Shown here piece after piece: positions 35,301 through 42,713 of a stretch of DNA of 53,850 bases. The first letter of the stretch is position 1. Each line of letters begins with the position of its first letter. The stretch spans positions 1 through 53,850 of the forward strand of contig DYGT01000001.1 of the NCBI GenBank assembly GCA_020724555.1. The letters run 5' to 3'. Source of the stretch: Candidatus Microgenomatus sp. GTDB lineage: Bacteria; Patescibacteriota; Microgenomatia; UBA8517. The notes under the pieces were generated by a model that ran no database searches, was not told where the DNA came from, and saw only the letters and a list, made by a program, of their open reading frames with translations. The position numbers and the translations under genes are program-made.

Positions 35301-35942
35301 TACCTGATTTTCATAATCGGCGACACAGCCTTCGGTCTGGCCACCAATGTCCCAATCTCGTACAACCGTACCCGTTATTTTTCCAGAAGAATTAGCAGAC
35401 AACTCAAACTGCTCTACTATGCCATTTCCGTAATGATTTAAAAATGCATAAAACTTACCTGAAGCAGGACTTTTGTAAAGACAAACACCATAATTTTCAC
35501 CAGAGGTTTCAATATCTCCATTGTCAATTCTTTCAAGATTGCGGGTTGAGGGATTTACCCGGTAAAAAAGCACCAAATCGGTATTTCGCTCATTTACCGC
35601 TACAATATCTGTGTTAGTTCCATTAACAGGAAAATTATAAGCCAAATCAATGTTGCCAGGTTGCCCCACCCCTGTAATAGTCTGGAGCAAATTCCCGTCC
35701 AGATCCCAGACAAAAATTTTATTCGCATACTTATCTGAACCAATAACAATACTTTTAGTTTTATCACTCGGATGTACCCAAATAGCCATATCATCGATGT
35801 CATCAGCACCGCTTCCTTGTAAAGTGTCTGCGGGAGAAACAGTTGTTTGCGCAAATACTGTTTGAGTAAGCCAGATAAAAGCTAGGATTACAAAAGTAAA
35901 AGTTAATACAGATCGGTAAGATAAGTTAACTTTTTTTGTCAT
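32328..35942 (-). CDS. Secreted multidomain protein: beta-propeller phytase-like, metallophosphoesterase, an unknown domain, and two dockerin-like modules
   Basis: Signal peptide present. BPP pattern: DDIDDMAIWVHPSDKTKSIVIGSDKYANKIFVWDLDG. Calcineurin-like motifs: IGDSGYG, HQGDFDY, GNHD, GHEHSYER. Dockerin repeats: GDADLDGDVDEDDFVIW...DADFNRDGVVDGVDYVIW and GDFDEDNILDIQDVSAIL...YDVNWDGTINIIDISLVL. Confidence 0.7.
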   Translation of the reverse strand: MTKKVNLSYRSVLTFTFVILAFIWLTQTVFAQTTVSPADTLQGSGADDIDDMAIWVHPSDKTKSIVIGSDKYANKIFVWDLDGNLLQTITGVGQPGNIDLAYNFPVNGTNTDIVAVNERNTDLVLFYRVNPSTRNLERIDNGDIETSGENYGVCLYKSPASGKFYAFLNHYGNGIVEQFELSANSSGKITGTVVRDWDIGGQTEGCVADYENQVVYFAEEENALWRYGAEPTDSTSSRTEVLGKGDYGFSGDDAEGVTIYYKSDGTGYLILSDQGNNEFMVFDRNSNAYIDTFRISGVSDTDGIDVSNVNFGSKYPNGMFLAHNNSNSDALTVVNWQTIANALDLEIDTAWDPRGGFTPGPTISPTTPPVIPTPTGQPNPTNPPSGDEIPTEANLKVAFIGDSGYGSNFRSVLRLIESEGADLVLHQGDFDYSLRADDFFGVVNSELGSSFPYLGSVGNHDEDSWNSGCGDSDGCYADFFVDRMEAMNVTPDSTDLNDQMYTTTYKGLKMVFVGQDGVSAGNNTYAPYIQNQLQSDNHIWKICSWHKNQKALQVGGKSDEMGWNVYENCMDFGAIIATGHEHSYERTKTLTSFENQTVDSTCSDPNSLCVSEGRTFAFVSGLGGNSIRNQDRCQPDTYPYGCKGEWASIYTSDQNAEYGALFIEFNVDGDPYKAEGYFKNISGQVIDQFTVQKTSSGTGGVTPTNTPTNSPTNQPTNLPTPTATATGAPLPSGSSGSHLQTVTGISEGASLVSSGTLSPSNNSLLYIAAVSTRPSGQVESVNGLGLNWSRASYQCSGRNATGVDVWYAVGQSQGGSVTANLGSSRSSAVISVSVFNAATVTSVLGANTNGEGGACSGGTDSESYSVSFDASGTGIIYNAVAIRNKTHSAQGGFEEISEVSAGSGGDVAGLSASYANVTEANTYQLEGNISSATDWALVALEISGEGTNVTPNPSQSPLGEYIGDADLDGDVDEDDFVIWNNNRDQNVSGGQRDADFNRDGVVDGVDYVIWLHTYGSSVGPSSTPAPTPTATPQVTPTASPEPEDVVLKLSFSAQGITQGTIQHQLKTGVTLTEFEGDTVFQENVLFGLVDGRYEAEFVAAGIVPGTYNVYVKGPYHLRRKVENVVLVAGENEIIFAEQVLVGDFDEDNILDIQDVSAILSAYTALSVVPTQETKKYDVNWDGTINIIDISLVLANYTELNVYGD

Positions 35943-36436
35943 TTTGCTAAAATTTCTAAATGAATCTCGGTTACACCATCATGATCTTCAAAAAAATAGT
36001 AACGCGTTTCTGACCCTTTTTGAACTGTCAAATAAAGCTCTGCATTTTCTAGATCTAATTCATCTGGATCTATAACTTGCCAGCCATCAGCTGTAAGGCT
36101 GTTATAGTACCAAGTGGCAATATCTGCCGGTGTATCGCCACTTGTCCAGCTTGCCTCATAACTCATACCACCCTCAACTTCTTTAGAATACGATCCTATT
36201 ACATCAGTATTGGGGTAGACTTCCACTTCAGGAAAACCATCTACAAGCCTACCTTCCATGGTTTCCATCCCAGGTTCTTCTAAAGACACAAAACCTTCAT
36301 TTTGGGGCTCTTTTTTGTTAAGAAGCGCCAAAATTGTTAATGCGATCAATGCTAACACTAAAACTGCCGCAAAAATATACAAACCTTTTGTTTTGGACTT
36401 TTCTGAAGTAACAACAGTCTGACTAGTTTCTTCCAT
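35939..36436 (-). CDS. Single-pass membrane protein (hypothetical), paralog of the next gene
   Basis: 165 aa with TM segment LYIFAAVLVLALIALTILALL. It shares FP.(V/M)YPN...(S/T)W(Y)...L...GWQV with 36438-36887. Its stop overlaps the start of the downstream gene (ATGA). Confidence 0.5.
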   Translation of the reverse strand: MEETSQTVVTSEKSKTKGLYIFAAVLVLALIALTILALLNKKEPQNEGFVSLEEPGMETMEGRLVDGFPEVEVYPNTDVIGSYSKEVEGGMSYEASWTSGDTPADIATWYYNSLTADGWQVIDPDELDLENAELYLTVQKGSETRYYFFEDHDGVTEIHLEILAK

Positions 36437-36437
36437 A

Positions 36438-36887
36438 TTAATTTCTTTTTACTATAAATAGTTCAACAGGGTCATCATCGTCCCCTGTGTGTTGCGTGTA
36501 AACACTTATTTCTTCCCCGTCACGAGTGGCAATAAAACCAGGCTCGGCAACTTCTGGTGTAATTTCAGATTTATTTTGAACTTGCCATCCTCGGGACTCA
36601 AGTTCACTCACATACCAGCTAATCACTTCATAAGGACTATCGTTAGAAATAATTAACGCTCGGTCTTCGGCTTCCAACCCTCCATTTGATGGTACTTTAC
36701 TATTTGGATACATTGGGAAATCAGATGCAATTTTTTCTACGCCATCGTTCAGATTTACGTTTTCAGAATAACTATTATTTCCCAACCTGAGTAAAAATAA
36801 AATCAACACTAGCACTACTACTAATAGAAGAAATAATCCCAGTCCGATAAATATTCGTTTTTGAGAACTTGTCATCTCTCTTTTCAT
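36438..36887 (-). CDS. Single-pass membrane protein (hypothetical), first gene of the surface operon
   Basis: 149 aa with TM segment IFIGLGLFLLLVVVLVLILFLL. It has the same C-terminal pattern as 35939-36436. Confidence 0.5.
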   Translation of the reverse strand: MKREMTSSQKRIFIGLGLFLLLVVVLVLILFLLRLGNNSYSENVNLNDGVEKIASDFPMYPNSKVPSNGGLEAEDRALIISNDSPYEVISWYVSELESRGWQVQNKSEITPEVAEPGFIATRDGEEISVYTQHTGDDDDPVELFIVKRN

Positions 36888-36963
36888 TTTCCATTTTCAT
36901 GAGGACTGAGTCAAGCATTAGTTCTAAATTAACGTTTTTGGCACAAATTTGTTACAATATCCT

Positions 36964-37017
36964 TGCCCGGTCGTCTGGCGCGTAGCGCAAAGGAGCGAAG
37001 CGACGCCATGGTAGGAC
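36964..37017 (+). pseudogene. Crippled 5' portion of tRNA-Gln with a 31-nt insertion in the D loop
   Basis: TGCCCGGTCGTCT, then GGCGCGTAGCGCAAAGGAGCGAAGCGACGCC, then ATGGTAGGAC. Both flanking pieces are identical to nt 1-13 and 15-24 of the intact tRNA-Gln 11 nt downstream. Confidence 0.5.
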
Positions 37018-37028
37018 TGTTACTTTAT

Positions 37029-37099
37029 TGCCCGGTCGTCTAATGGTAGGACAGCGGACTTTGGATCCGCTAATTGGGGTTCGAATCCCTGCCGGGCAG
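37029..37099 (+). tRNA. tRNA-Gln (UUG)
   Basis: TGCCCGGTCGTCTAATGGTAGGACAGCGGACTTTGGATCCGCTAATTGGGGTTCGAATCCCTGCCGGGCAG has the U1:A72 pair typical of bacterial tRNA-Gln and anticodon loop CTTTGGA. No CCA is encoded. Confidence 0.85.
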
Positions 37100-37155
37100 C
37101 TCACTCCGTTCGCTTACGTCATGGAATTCGAGGAGTGCAAAATTGTTATGCACAG

Positions 37156-37170
37156 CGAATCCCTGCCGGG
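37156..37170 (+). pseudogene. Duplicate of the tRNA-Gln 3' end (T loop to acceptor)
   Basis: CGAATCCCTGCCGGG is identical to 37082-37096 of the intact tRNA and lies 56 nt downstream of it. Confidence 0.4.
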
Positions 37171-37181
37171 TAACAAATTAA

Positions 37182-37709
37182 TCATTCAAATAAATCTTCA
37201 GGCAAGCCAAACTTAGGCACATCATTATTGTATTTACCAACTCTCGCAATTAAATCCTCTCTCAACCAGAGATAAGCCTCCTTTATTGCTTCTGGGTCGC
37301 CACTCCTATCTGGGTCATATTCTTCTGGCTCGCTTACATCATCCAAGCTAATGGCTACAGCTCTGGCACCTTCTTCAAATTCATCCATAGCCCACCCTTC
37401 TTTGCCTAGTATTACCTTATCCAAACCAATTGCCTTCATATGGTAAAGTACTCTTTGCCACATTATTTTTAAAGCTGGCCAATTGGCAGTTCTTAACTCC
37501 CCGCCAGTTAGCTTATATTCAGATAAAGTTCTTTCCGGGTGATGGATAAAATGTTCCAACGGATCGGCAATGATTGAAGTTATAAATTCAGGGCTACCTT
37601 CATCTTTAAAATTTTCAGGCACAGGCAAAAAAACCAAATTCCTATTAATTACTTCAAATTCATAAGGCGATTGCTTTTCAAACGTCTCGCCACTTTCAAT
37701 ATCAGACAT
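37182..37709 (-). CDS. Hypothetical acidic protein
   Basis: 175-aa ORF with coding-like composition. No motif recognised. Confidence 0.45.
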   Translation of the reverse strand: MSDIESGETFEKQSPYEFEVINRNLVFLPVPENFKDEGSPEFITSIIADPLEHFIHHPERTLSEYKLTGGELRTANWPALKIMWQRVLYHMKAIGLDKVILGKEGWAMDEFEEGARAVAISLDDVSEPEEYDPDRSGDPEAIKEAYLWLREDLIARVGKYNNDVPKFGLPEDLFE

Positions 37710-37769
37710 AATTTATTATAAACTCTTTAAATTAGCCCAGTTAATAAATAAATGTATTAAGATACAAAT

Positions 37770-39479
37770 ATGGCTTTTGTTAAAAAACATGCCTTTTTAA
37801 TCTCGCTTATATTTATAAGCCTACTACTGCGCACATGGTGGTTAAACCTTTTTCCCATTGGCATGGCGCATGATGAACTTAACTATGTGATGAACGCCCG
37901 CTCACTTTTTTTGAGTGGTAATAATATCCCCTGGACGGCTTCAGCCATTTTCTCTTGGGGAGAAACTCAATTTGATGTAGTAATTTCCGAACTTCCCGCG
38001 ATTTTAATTTCTCCCTGGATAGGTTTAACCAAGCTTAATATGTTTAATGTGCGCCTTCCCTATGCCATAGTCGGCACTATTACGATTCTCACATTCTACT
38101 TTTTAATAAAAAAGCTAACTAACATACAAATTGCCAGGTTTTCCGCACTTGCTTTGGCCGTAAACCCCTGGTCTATCCATTTTAACCGCACGGCATTTGA
38201 AATTAATTTCGCTATTTTGTTTTATTTACTTGGAATATATCTTGTGATTTCCCAAAAACGAAAAAAAATCCTTTTGGGTTTGCCCTTTTTTATAGCCGGC
38301 TTTTTAAGTTATTTTGGCGCTAAACTTATTTTTCTTCCTCTAATTGTCATCACGCTTATCTATGGTTATCTTGACCAAGACAAATTATCAATTAAAAAAC
38401 CATACATTTGGTTTTTTGCAATTAGCCTTTTGTTTTTTCTTTTTTATTACTTCACCCTTCCTTATCAACCGGCAGGAAGTAGAAAAGGAGAATTAATTTT
38501 TTTTAATAATCACTTTTTTTCTGAAACGGTTAATCTGGAAAGACAGCAAAGCCTCCCCAGTCCGTTGAATAATATTTTTTCCAACAAGCTAACCGTCTTG
38601 GGTAAAAAAATTGTTAATACTTATCTCCAAGCTTTTTCCACCCACTTTTTGTTTATAACTGGCGAGACTCGCGCAGCCTATTCTTTTTGGCAGCATGGCC
38701 CTTTATATATTATTGATTTTCCTTTTCTAATCCTGGGGGTTATTAGCCTATACACTCTCAAGCGCCGAGTTTTTTGGTATGTCTTAGGTATCATTGCCCT
38801 GGCTCCAATGGTATCTGCCATAGATCTGGTGGAGCAATCGTACGTAATCCGCGCGGCTTTGATGTTTCCTATGTTTATGGCACTGGTCGGCAGTGGATTT
38901 TATTTAATTAAAAATAAATTTATCAAAGTCGGTCTAATAGCGCTTTATTTAATTTCTGTTGCGAACTTTTTACACCTTTATTTTTTCCGTTATCCGGTTT
39001 ACGCGAGTGAGGGATTTTTCCTCAGCGACCGGATACTCTCAAACTATATTTTTCGCGCTCAACAGCATAGCCCCGAAACTGAAATTTTAATAATTACATC
39101 TGAGCCCAAAATAATTTTTGAAGAATATCTTTTTTTTAACAATCTTTACGCAGGGCGTGATGTTAAAAAAATTAATAACAAAATGAAACTAAAAGATTTT
39201 TCCTGGGATAAAGTAGACTTTAGTGATAAATGTCCCGAAGAAATTGGTGTTAATAAAATAGTTATCACAGACCAAAGGTATAATTGCCAAGAAAAAGAAA
39301 ACGGAGATCTAGGCATTGTCCAGCTGGCGGACGCCGGACTTATCTACTTAATCAAAAACGACAAGCTTTGCGATAATTATGAACTTGGCAATTACTATTA
39401 CCCACAAAGCCTAAAAGAGCTTAAAATTGAAAATTTAGAAGATGAAAGTTTTTGCAAAAGCTGGATTACTGCTCAATAA
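37770..39479 (+). CDS. GT-C-fold membrane glycosyltransferase (ArnT/PMT, GT39/GT83-like)
   Basis: The first ~400 aa are polytopic. The first external loop carries HDELNY, the Asp-Glu motif typical of PMT/ArnT enzymes. A soluble C-terminal domain follows. Confidence 0.65.
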   Translation: MAFVKKHAFLISLIFISLLLRTWWLNLFPIGMAHDELNYVMNARSLFLSGNNIPWTASAIFSWGETQFDVVISELPAILISPWIGLTKLNMFNVRLPYAIVGTITILTFYFLIKKLTNIQIARFSALALAVNPWSIHFNRTAFEINFAILFYLLGIYLVISQKRKKILLGLPFFIAGFLSYFGAKLIFLPLIVITLIYGYLDQDKLSIKKPYIWFFAISLLFFLFYYFTLPYQPAGSRKGELIFFNNHFFSETVNLERQQSLPSPLNNIFSNKLTVLGKKIVNTYLQAFSTHFLFITGETRAAYSFWQHGPLYIIDFPFLILGVISLYTLKRRVFWYVLGIIALAPMVSAIDLVEQSYVIRAALMFPMFMALVGSGFYLIKNKFIKVGLIALYLISVANFLHLYFFRYPVYASEGFFLSDRILSNYIFRAQQHSPETEILIITSEPKIIFEEYLFFNNLYAGRDVKKINNKMKLKDFSWDKVDFSDKCPEEIGVNKIVITDQRYNCQEKENGDLGIVQLADAGLIYLIKNDKLCDNYELGNYYYPQSLKELKIENLEDESFCKSWITAQ

Positions 39480-39490
39480 TGTAAAATACT

Positions 39491-40018
39491 GTGGTGGAAA
39501 AATTAAATTCAAAAATTTTAAGAGATTATGAGCCAACGGCCGAAGATTTAGCGCAAATCAAAAGAAATCCAATAGTTTTTGTGCTGGATGAAATTTTGGA
39601 CACTTTTAACATAGGAAGCATGTTTAGGCTGGCCGACGCCGTAGCTGCCGAAAAAATGTATTTGTGCGGCCGCATGGAAACTCCTCCGAGCTCGCGCATC
39701 CACAAAGCAGCCGTTGGTACGGAAAAATGGGTTTTCTGGGAACATTCCCCCTCCACGCTTAAAGTCGTAAAAAAACTCAAAAAAGAAGGGTACTTCGTAG
39801 TGGCAGCCGAACAAAGTGAAAATTCTGTTTCCGTCACAAAATTTAAGCCCACTTTTCCCTTGGCAATTGTTTTAGGGCACGAAAGCGACGGGGTAAAAAA
39901 TGAAGTACTAAATGCCGTGGATTTAACGGTTGAATTGCCCATGCTTGGCATTAATAACTCATTTAATGTCTGGGGAGTAGCTGCAGTTTTGGCTTATAAG
40001 GCTGTAGAAAAACTTTAA
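39491..40018 (+). CDS. SpoU/TrmH-family RNA 2'-O-methyltransferase
   Basis: Motifs: VLDEILDTFNIGSMFRLADA, LAIVLGHESDGV, and LPMLGINNSFNVWGVAAVLAY (the SPOUT knot). It uses a GTG start. Confidence 0.8.
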   Translation: MVEKLNSKILRDYEPTAEDLAQIKRNPIVFVLDEILDTFNIGSMFRLADAVAAEKMYLCGRMETPPSSRIHKAAVGTEKWVFWEHSPSTLKVVKKLKKEGYFVVAAEQSENSVSVTKFKPTFPLAIVLGHESDGVKNEVLNAVDLTVELPMLGINNSFNVWGVAAVLAYKAVEKL

Positions 40019-40022
40019 AATC

Positions 40023-41105
40023 TCACCAAGTTGGTGTTGGCTTGTCTAAATAATCCAAAACTTCCATCGCCGCCATACAACCAAATGCTGCGGCTGTAAT
40101 TGCCTGTTTATAGTAATAGTCGTGGACATCTCCTGCCACAAAAACACCTTTTTTATTAGTTGAACTTTTTGGATAACCCCCTTCTCCCGCTTTAGGATGT
40201 ATATAACCTTTTGGGTCCAAATCAACCTGACCGGCAAATATTTTGGTAGATGGACTGTGGCCAATGGCAACAAACATTCCATCAACCGGCAGCTCCCAAA
40301 ACAAAAGATCCTCTTCGGTTTCCATGAGAACATTGCCATGATATTTTTTTGCTCCTTCGGCAGCCAATATCTTTCCCTGTTGGGAATCTGCTTTAGTTTT
40401 TAGTTTTAATTTTTCCAAAGCTTCCCGACCTATAGCTTCGACCACTTCAGTATCCCAAATAATTTCAATTTTCTCATTGTTTTTTACTTTTTCTTGCATA
40501 GCCTGGCTGGCGCGAAGCTCAGACCTTCGGTGGAGTAAATAAACTTTAATCGCATATTTGGTTAACACCAACGCCTCTTCCATTGCCGAATCGCCTCCGC
40601 CAACTACAGCCACTATCTTATCTTTAAAAAAAGGAGCATCACACGGAGCACACGAACTTATGCCCCGGCCGCGAAGTTTGTCTTCCCCGGGAACCCCTAG
40701 CCACTTGGTTTCCGCACCCGTGGCAATAATTACACTTTTTGATAAATATTCTTCGGCATCAACTCTTACTTTTAACGGGATTTGCGAAAAATCTACGCTT
40801 GTGGCATTTCTTTCAATAAATTCTGCGCCAAAACGCTCAGCTTGAGCCCTTATCCGCTCCATTAATTCCGGCCCTTGTATGCCTTCGGGGAAGCCCGGGA
40901 AATTGTCAACAGTTGTAGTAAGCATTAACTGCCCTCCCCAAGAATCTCCACCAACGATCAAAGTAGAGGCAGCTCCGCGTGTAGTATAAATCGCAGCAGT
41001 CAGCGCCGATGGGCCCGAACCAATAATTATTACATCCCAAGGCTCACCTGGACTTGGTTTTTGCGTAAATACTTCTTGCATAATATTCTTTTGGGTTTTT
41101 GCCAC
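40023..41105 (-). CDS. trxB: Thioredoxin-disulfide reductase
   Basis: FAD motif VIIIGSGPSALTAAIY, redox CxxC in GISSCAPCDAPFF, NADPH motif VAVVGGGDSAMEEA, and C-terminal VFVAGDV. It carries an extra ~40-aa segment (KTKADSQQGKILAAEGAKKYHG...). Confidence 0.85.
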   Translation of the reverse strand: MAKTQKNIMQEVFTQKPSPGEPWDVIIIGSGPSALTAAIYTTRGAASTLIVGGDSWGGQLMLTTTVDNFPGFPEGIQGPELMERIRAQAERFGAEFIERNATSVDFSQIPLKVRVDAEEYLSKSVIIATGAETKWLGVPGEDKLRGRGISSCAPCDAPFFKDKIVAVVGGGDSAMEEALVLTKYAIKVYLLHRRSELRASQAMQEKVKNNEKIEIIWDTEVVEAIGREALEKLKLKTKADSQQGKILAAEGAKKYHGNVLMETEEDLLFWELPVDGMFVAIGHSPSTKIFAGQVDLDPKGYIHPKAGEGGYPKSSTNKKGVFVAGDVHDYYYKQAITAAAFGCMAAMEVLDYLDKPTPTW

Positions 41106-41156
41106 AGACCAAGGGGACGAATAACTTCGCTCCCCTTTTTTGGTCGTACAAATCCT

Positions 41157-41480
41157 TTAGGAATTTGTATTTGTATCGCCAGAAGACTCTCCACCCACCC
41201 TGGCAACAGGTGGTTGTGGAGGCACTCCCATAACAGGCTCTGCGGGTTCAACACTTGGTGCCACTGGTTCAGGTGCCTCGGGCACGTCAGGTGTTTGTGG
41301 CATTTGTGGCGTCGTAGCCGGTGTAGGCACAGTCGGCGCTGCAGGTGCTTCCGGCACTTGAGGTGCAGGAGGAACCGCAGCTGGTGTCGGTGCCTGTGGT
41401 GTCGCCACCGGAACTTCATCAATGCCTTGTGGTTGGCCAGATGGATCTTGATTTAAGTCTTGTGGATCATTATTTCCCAA
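41157..41480 (-). CDS. Possible proline-rich low-complexity protein between trxA and trxB
   Basis: The frame reads ...PVATPQAPTPAAVPPAPQVPEAPAAPTVPTPATTPQMPQTPDVPEAPEP.... A TTG at 41480 lies 7 nt after GGGGGTGA. All frames are open here, so coding status is uncertain. Confidence 0.3.
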   Translation of the reverse strand: MGNNDPQDLNQDPSGQPQGIDEVPVATPQAPTPAAVPPAPQVPEAPAAPTVPTPATTPQMPQTPDVPEAPEPVAPSVEPAEPVMGVPPQPPVARVGGESSGDTNTNS

Positions 41481-41494
41481 AAAAATCACCCCCT

Positions 41495-41815
41495 TTATTT
41501 AACAACCTTTCTAATTAAAGCTTCAAAAGCTCCTTTTCCGGCAAATCCGATTTGCCGGTCAATTTCTTTACCGTCTTGAAACAATATCGTCGTAGGGATA
41601 GACATTATACCGTAATTTTGCGCCATTGATTGATTTTCATCTACATTCATTTTTACAATTTCTACCTTCCCCTTAAACTCCTCCGCTAACTCCTCAAGCA
41701 CCGGAGCTGCCATTTTGCACGGTCCGCACCAAGGAGCCCAAAAATCAACCAGCGTAGGAATACCGGCTTGAAGCACTTTTGTCTGAAATTCGCTGTCGGT
41801 TACATCCTTTATCAT
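41495..41815 (-). CDS. trxA: Thioredoxin
   Basis: 106 aa with the WCGPCK active site. Confidence 0.9.
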   Translation of the reverse strand: MIKDVTDSEFQTKVLQAGIPTLVDFWAPWCGPCKMAAPVLEELAEEFKGKVEIVKMNVDENQSMAQNYGIMSIPTTILFQDGKEIDRQIGFAGKGAFEALIRKVVK

Positions 41816-41888
41816 CTTGCGTTCCCATAATACCCATTTTTCACAAAGGACGTCAAGGTGCAGTCTCTGAATCTATGAAAATTTATTC

Positions 41889-42713
41889 TTACGGAGCTGT
41901 GGTTTGAAGTAGATGTAAAGCTCCATACAAACCTCCTTCGTCTCCAAGGCTTGATGGAATTAATTTTGGAAAATACGGCAAATTGGACTTTGTGCCGACC
42001 ATCAAAGTTTCCGCCAAACCCAGATCATATTTATACGCCAAACCACCGCCGATGACGATTACCTCAGGGGACCAATACAAGGCAGTATTTACTAGACCAC
42101 AAGACAAAAATTTCACGCGTTCACGCCAAAAATCCGGCTCGTTAATTTCAACTGGGTTTTTGCCGGTTTGGCGCAATATTCCCCCACTTGATACCAAGCT
42201 TTCCAAATCCCCCCCGGCTGGAAAATCTTTACATGAAACAATTTGTCTGCCGATTTCAAAACCAAAATAACTGACGTCTATTTGTTTATTAACAATCCGT
42301 ACACCATTAAAGCCCGTGCTGACGGTGATGTATGCAACAATATTATAATTTTGACCAGAACCGCGCACTGCCTCTCCCAAGCCAACCTGAGCCGTATCGT
42401 TTTCCAAACCAACCGGACACTTAAAAATACCCACAAGATCTTTTTTTAATGGCTTACCATTCCAATCGCTAATGTTTGGAGCAGACACTATCCCGCTTTT
42501 ATCACCGTTTAATGGCCCGGCGATACCCACCATCGCCCTACCAATCGCACCACGCGCCAGACTCAGGACAGTTTTCTCAATCAAAAAGAGCCCTTGATCA
42601 TATTTTTGAGGAGTGACAAAAATTGCAGGCTCGCCAAAGGTGCTTCCGTCCTCGCTTATGGCAATTCTGGTCTTTGTGCCCCCAATGTCTATTAATGCCC
42701 AAGGTAAACTCAT
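41889..42713 (-). CDS. ROK-family sugar kinase (glucokinase-like)
   Basis: N-terminal ALIDIGGTKTRIAI phosphate-binding motif, LENDTAQVGLGEA, and C-terminal VIVIGGGLA. Confidence 0.7.
   Translation of the reverse strand: MSLPWALIDIGGTKTRIAISEDGSTFGEPAIFVTPQKYDQGLFLIEKTVLSLARGAIGRAMVGIAGPLNGDKSGIVSAPNISDWNGKPLKKDLVGIFKCPVGLENDTAQVGLGEAVRGSGQNYNIVAYITVSTGFNGVRIVNKQIDVSYFGFEIGRQIVSCKDFPAGGDLESLVSSGGILRQTGKNPVEINEPDFWRERVKFLSCGLVNTALYWSPEVIVIGGGLAYKYDLGLAETLMVGTKSNLPYFPKLIPSSLGDEGGLYGALHLLQTTAP

Noticed and set aside
37028-37216. 62-aa plus-strand ORF.
   Set aside because: It reads straight through tRNA-Gln and its 3' fragment.
41030-41456. ORFs 41030-41422 (-) and 41061-41456 (+), rich in Arg, His and Cys.
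   Set aside because: They are alternative frames of the Pro-rich, low-complexity, GC-rich spacer and have implausible composition.
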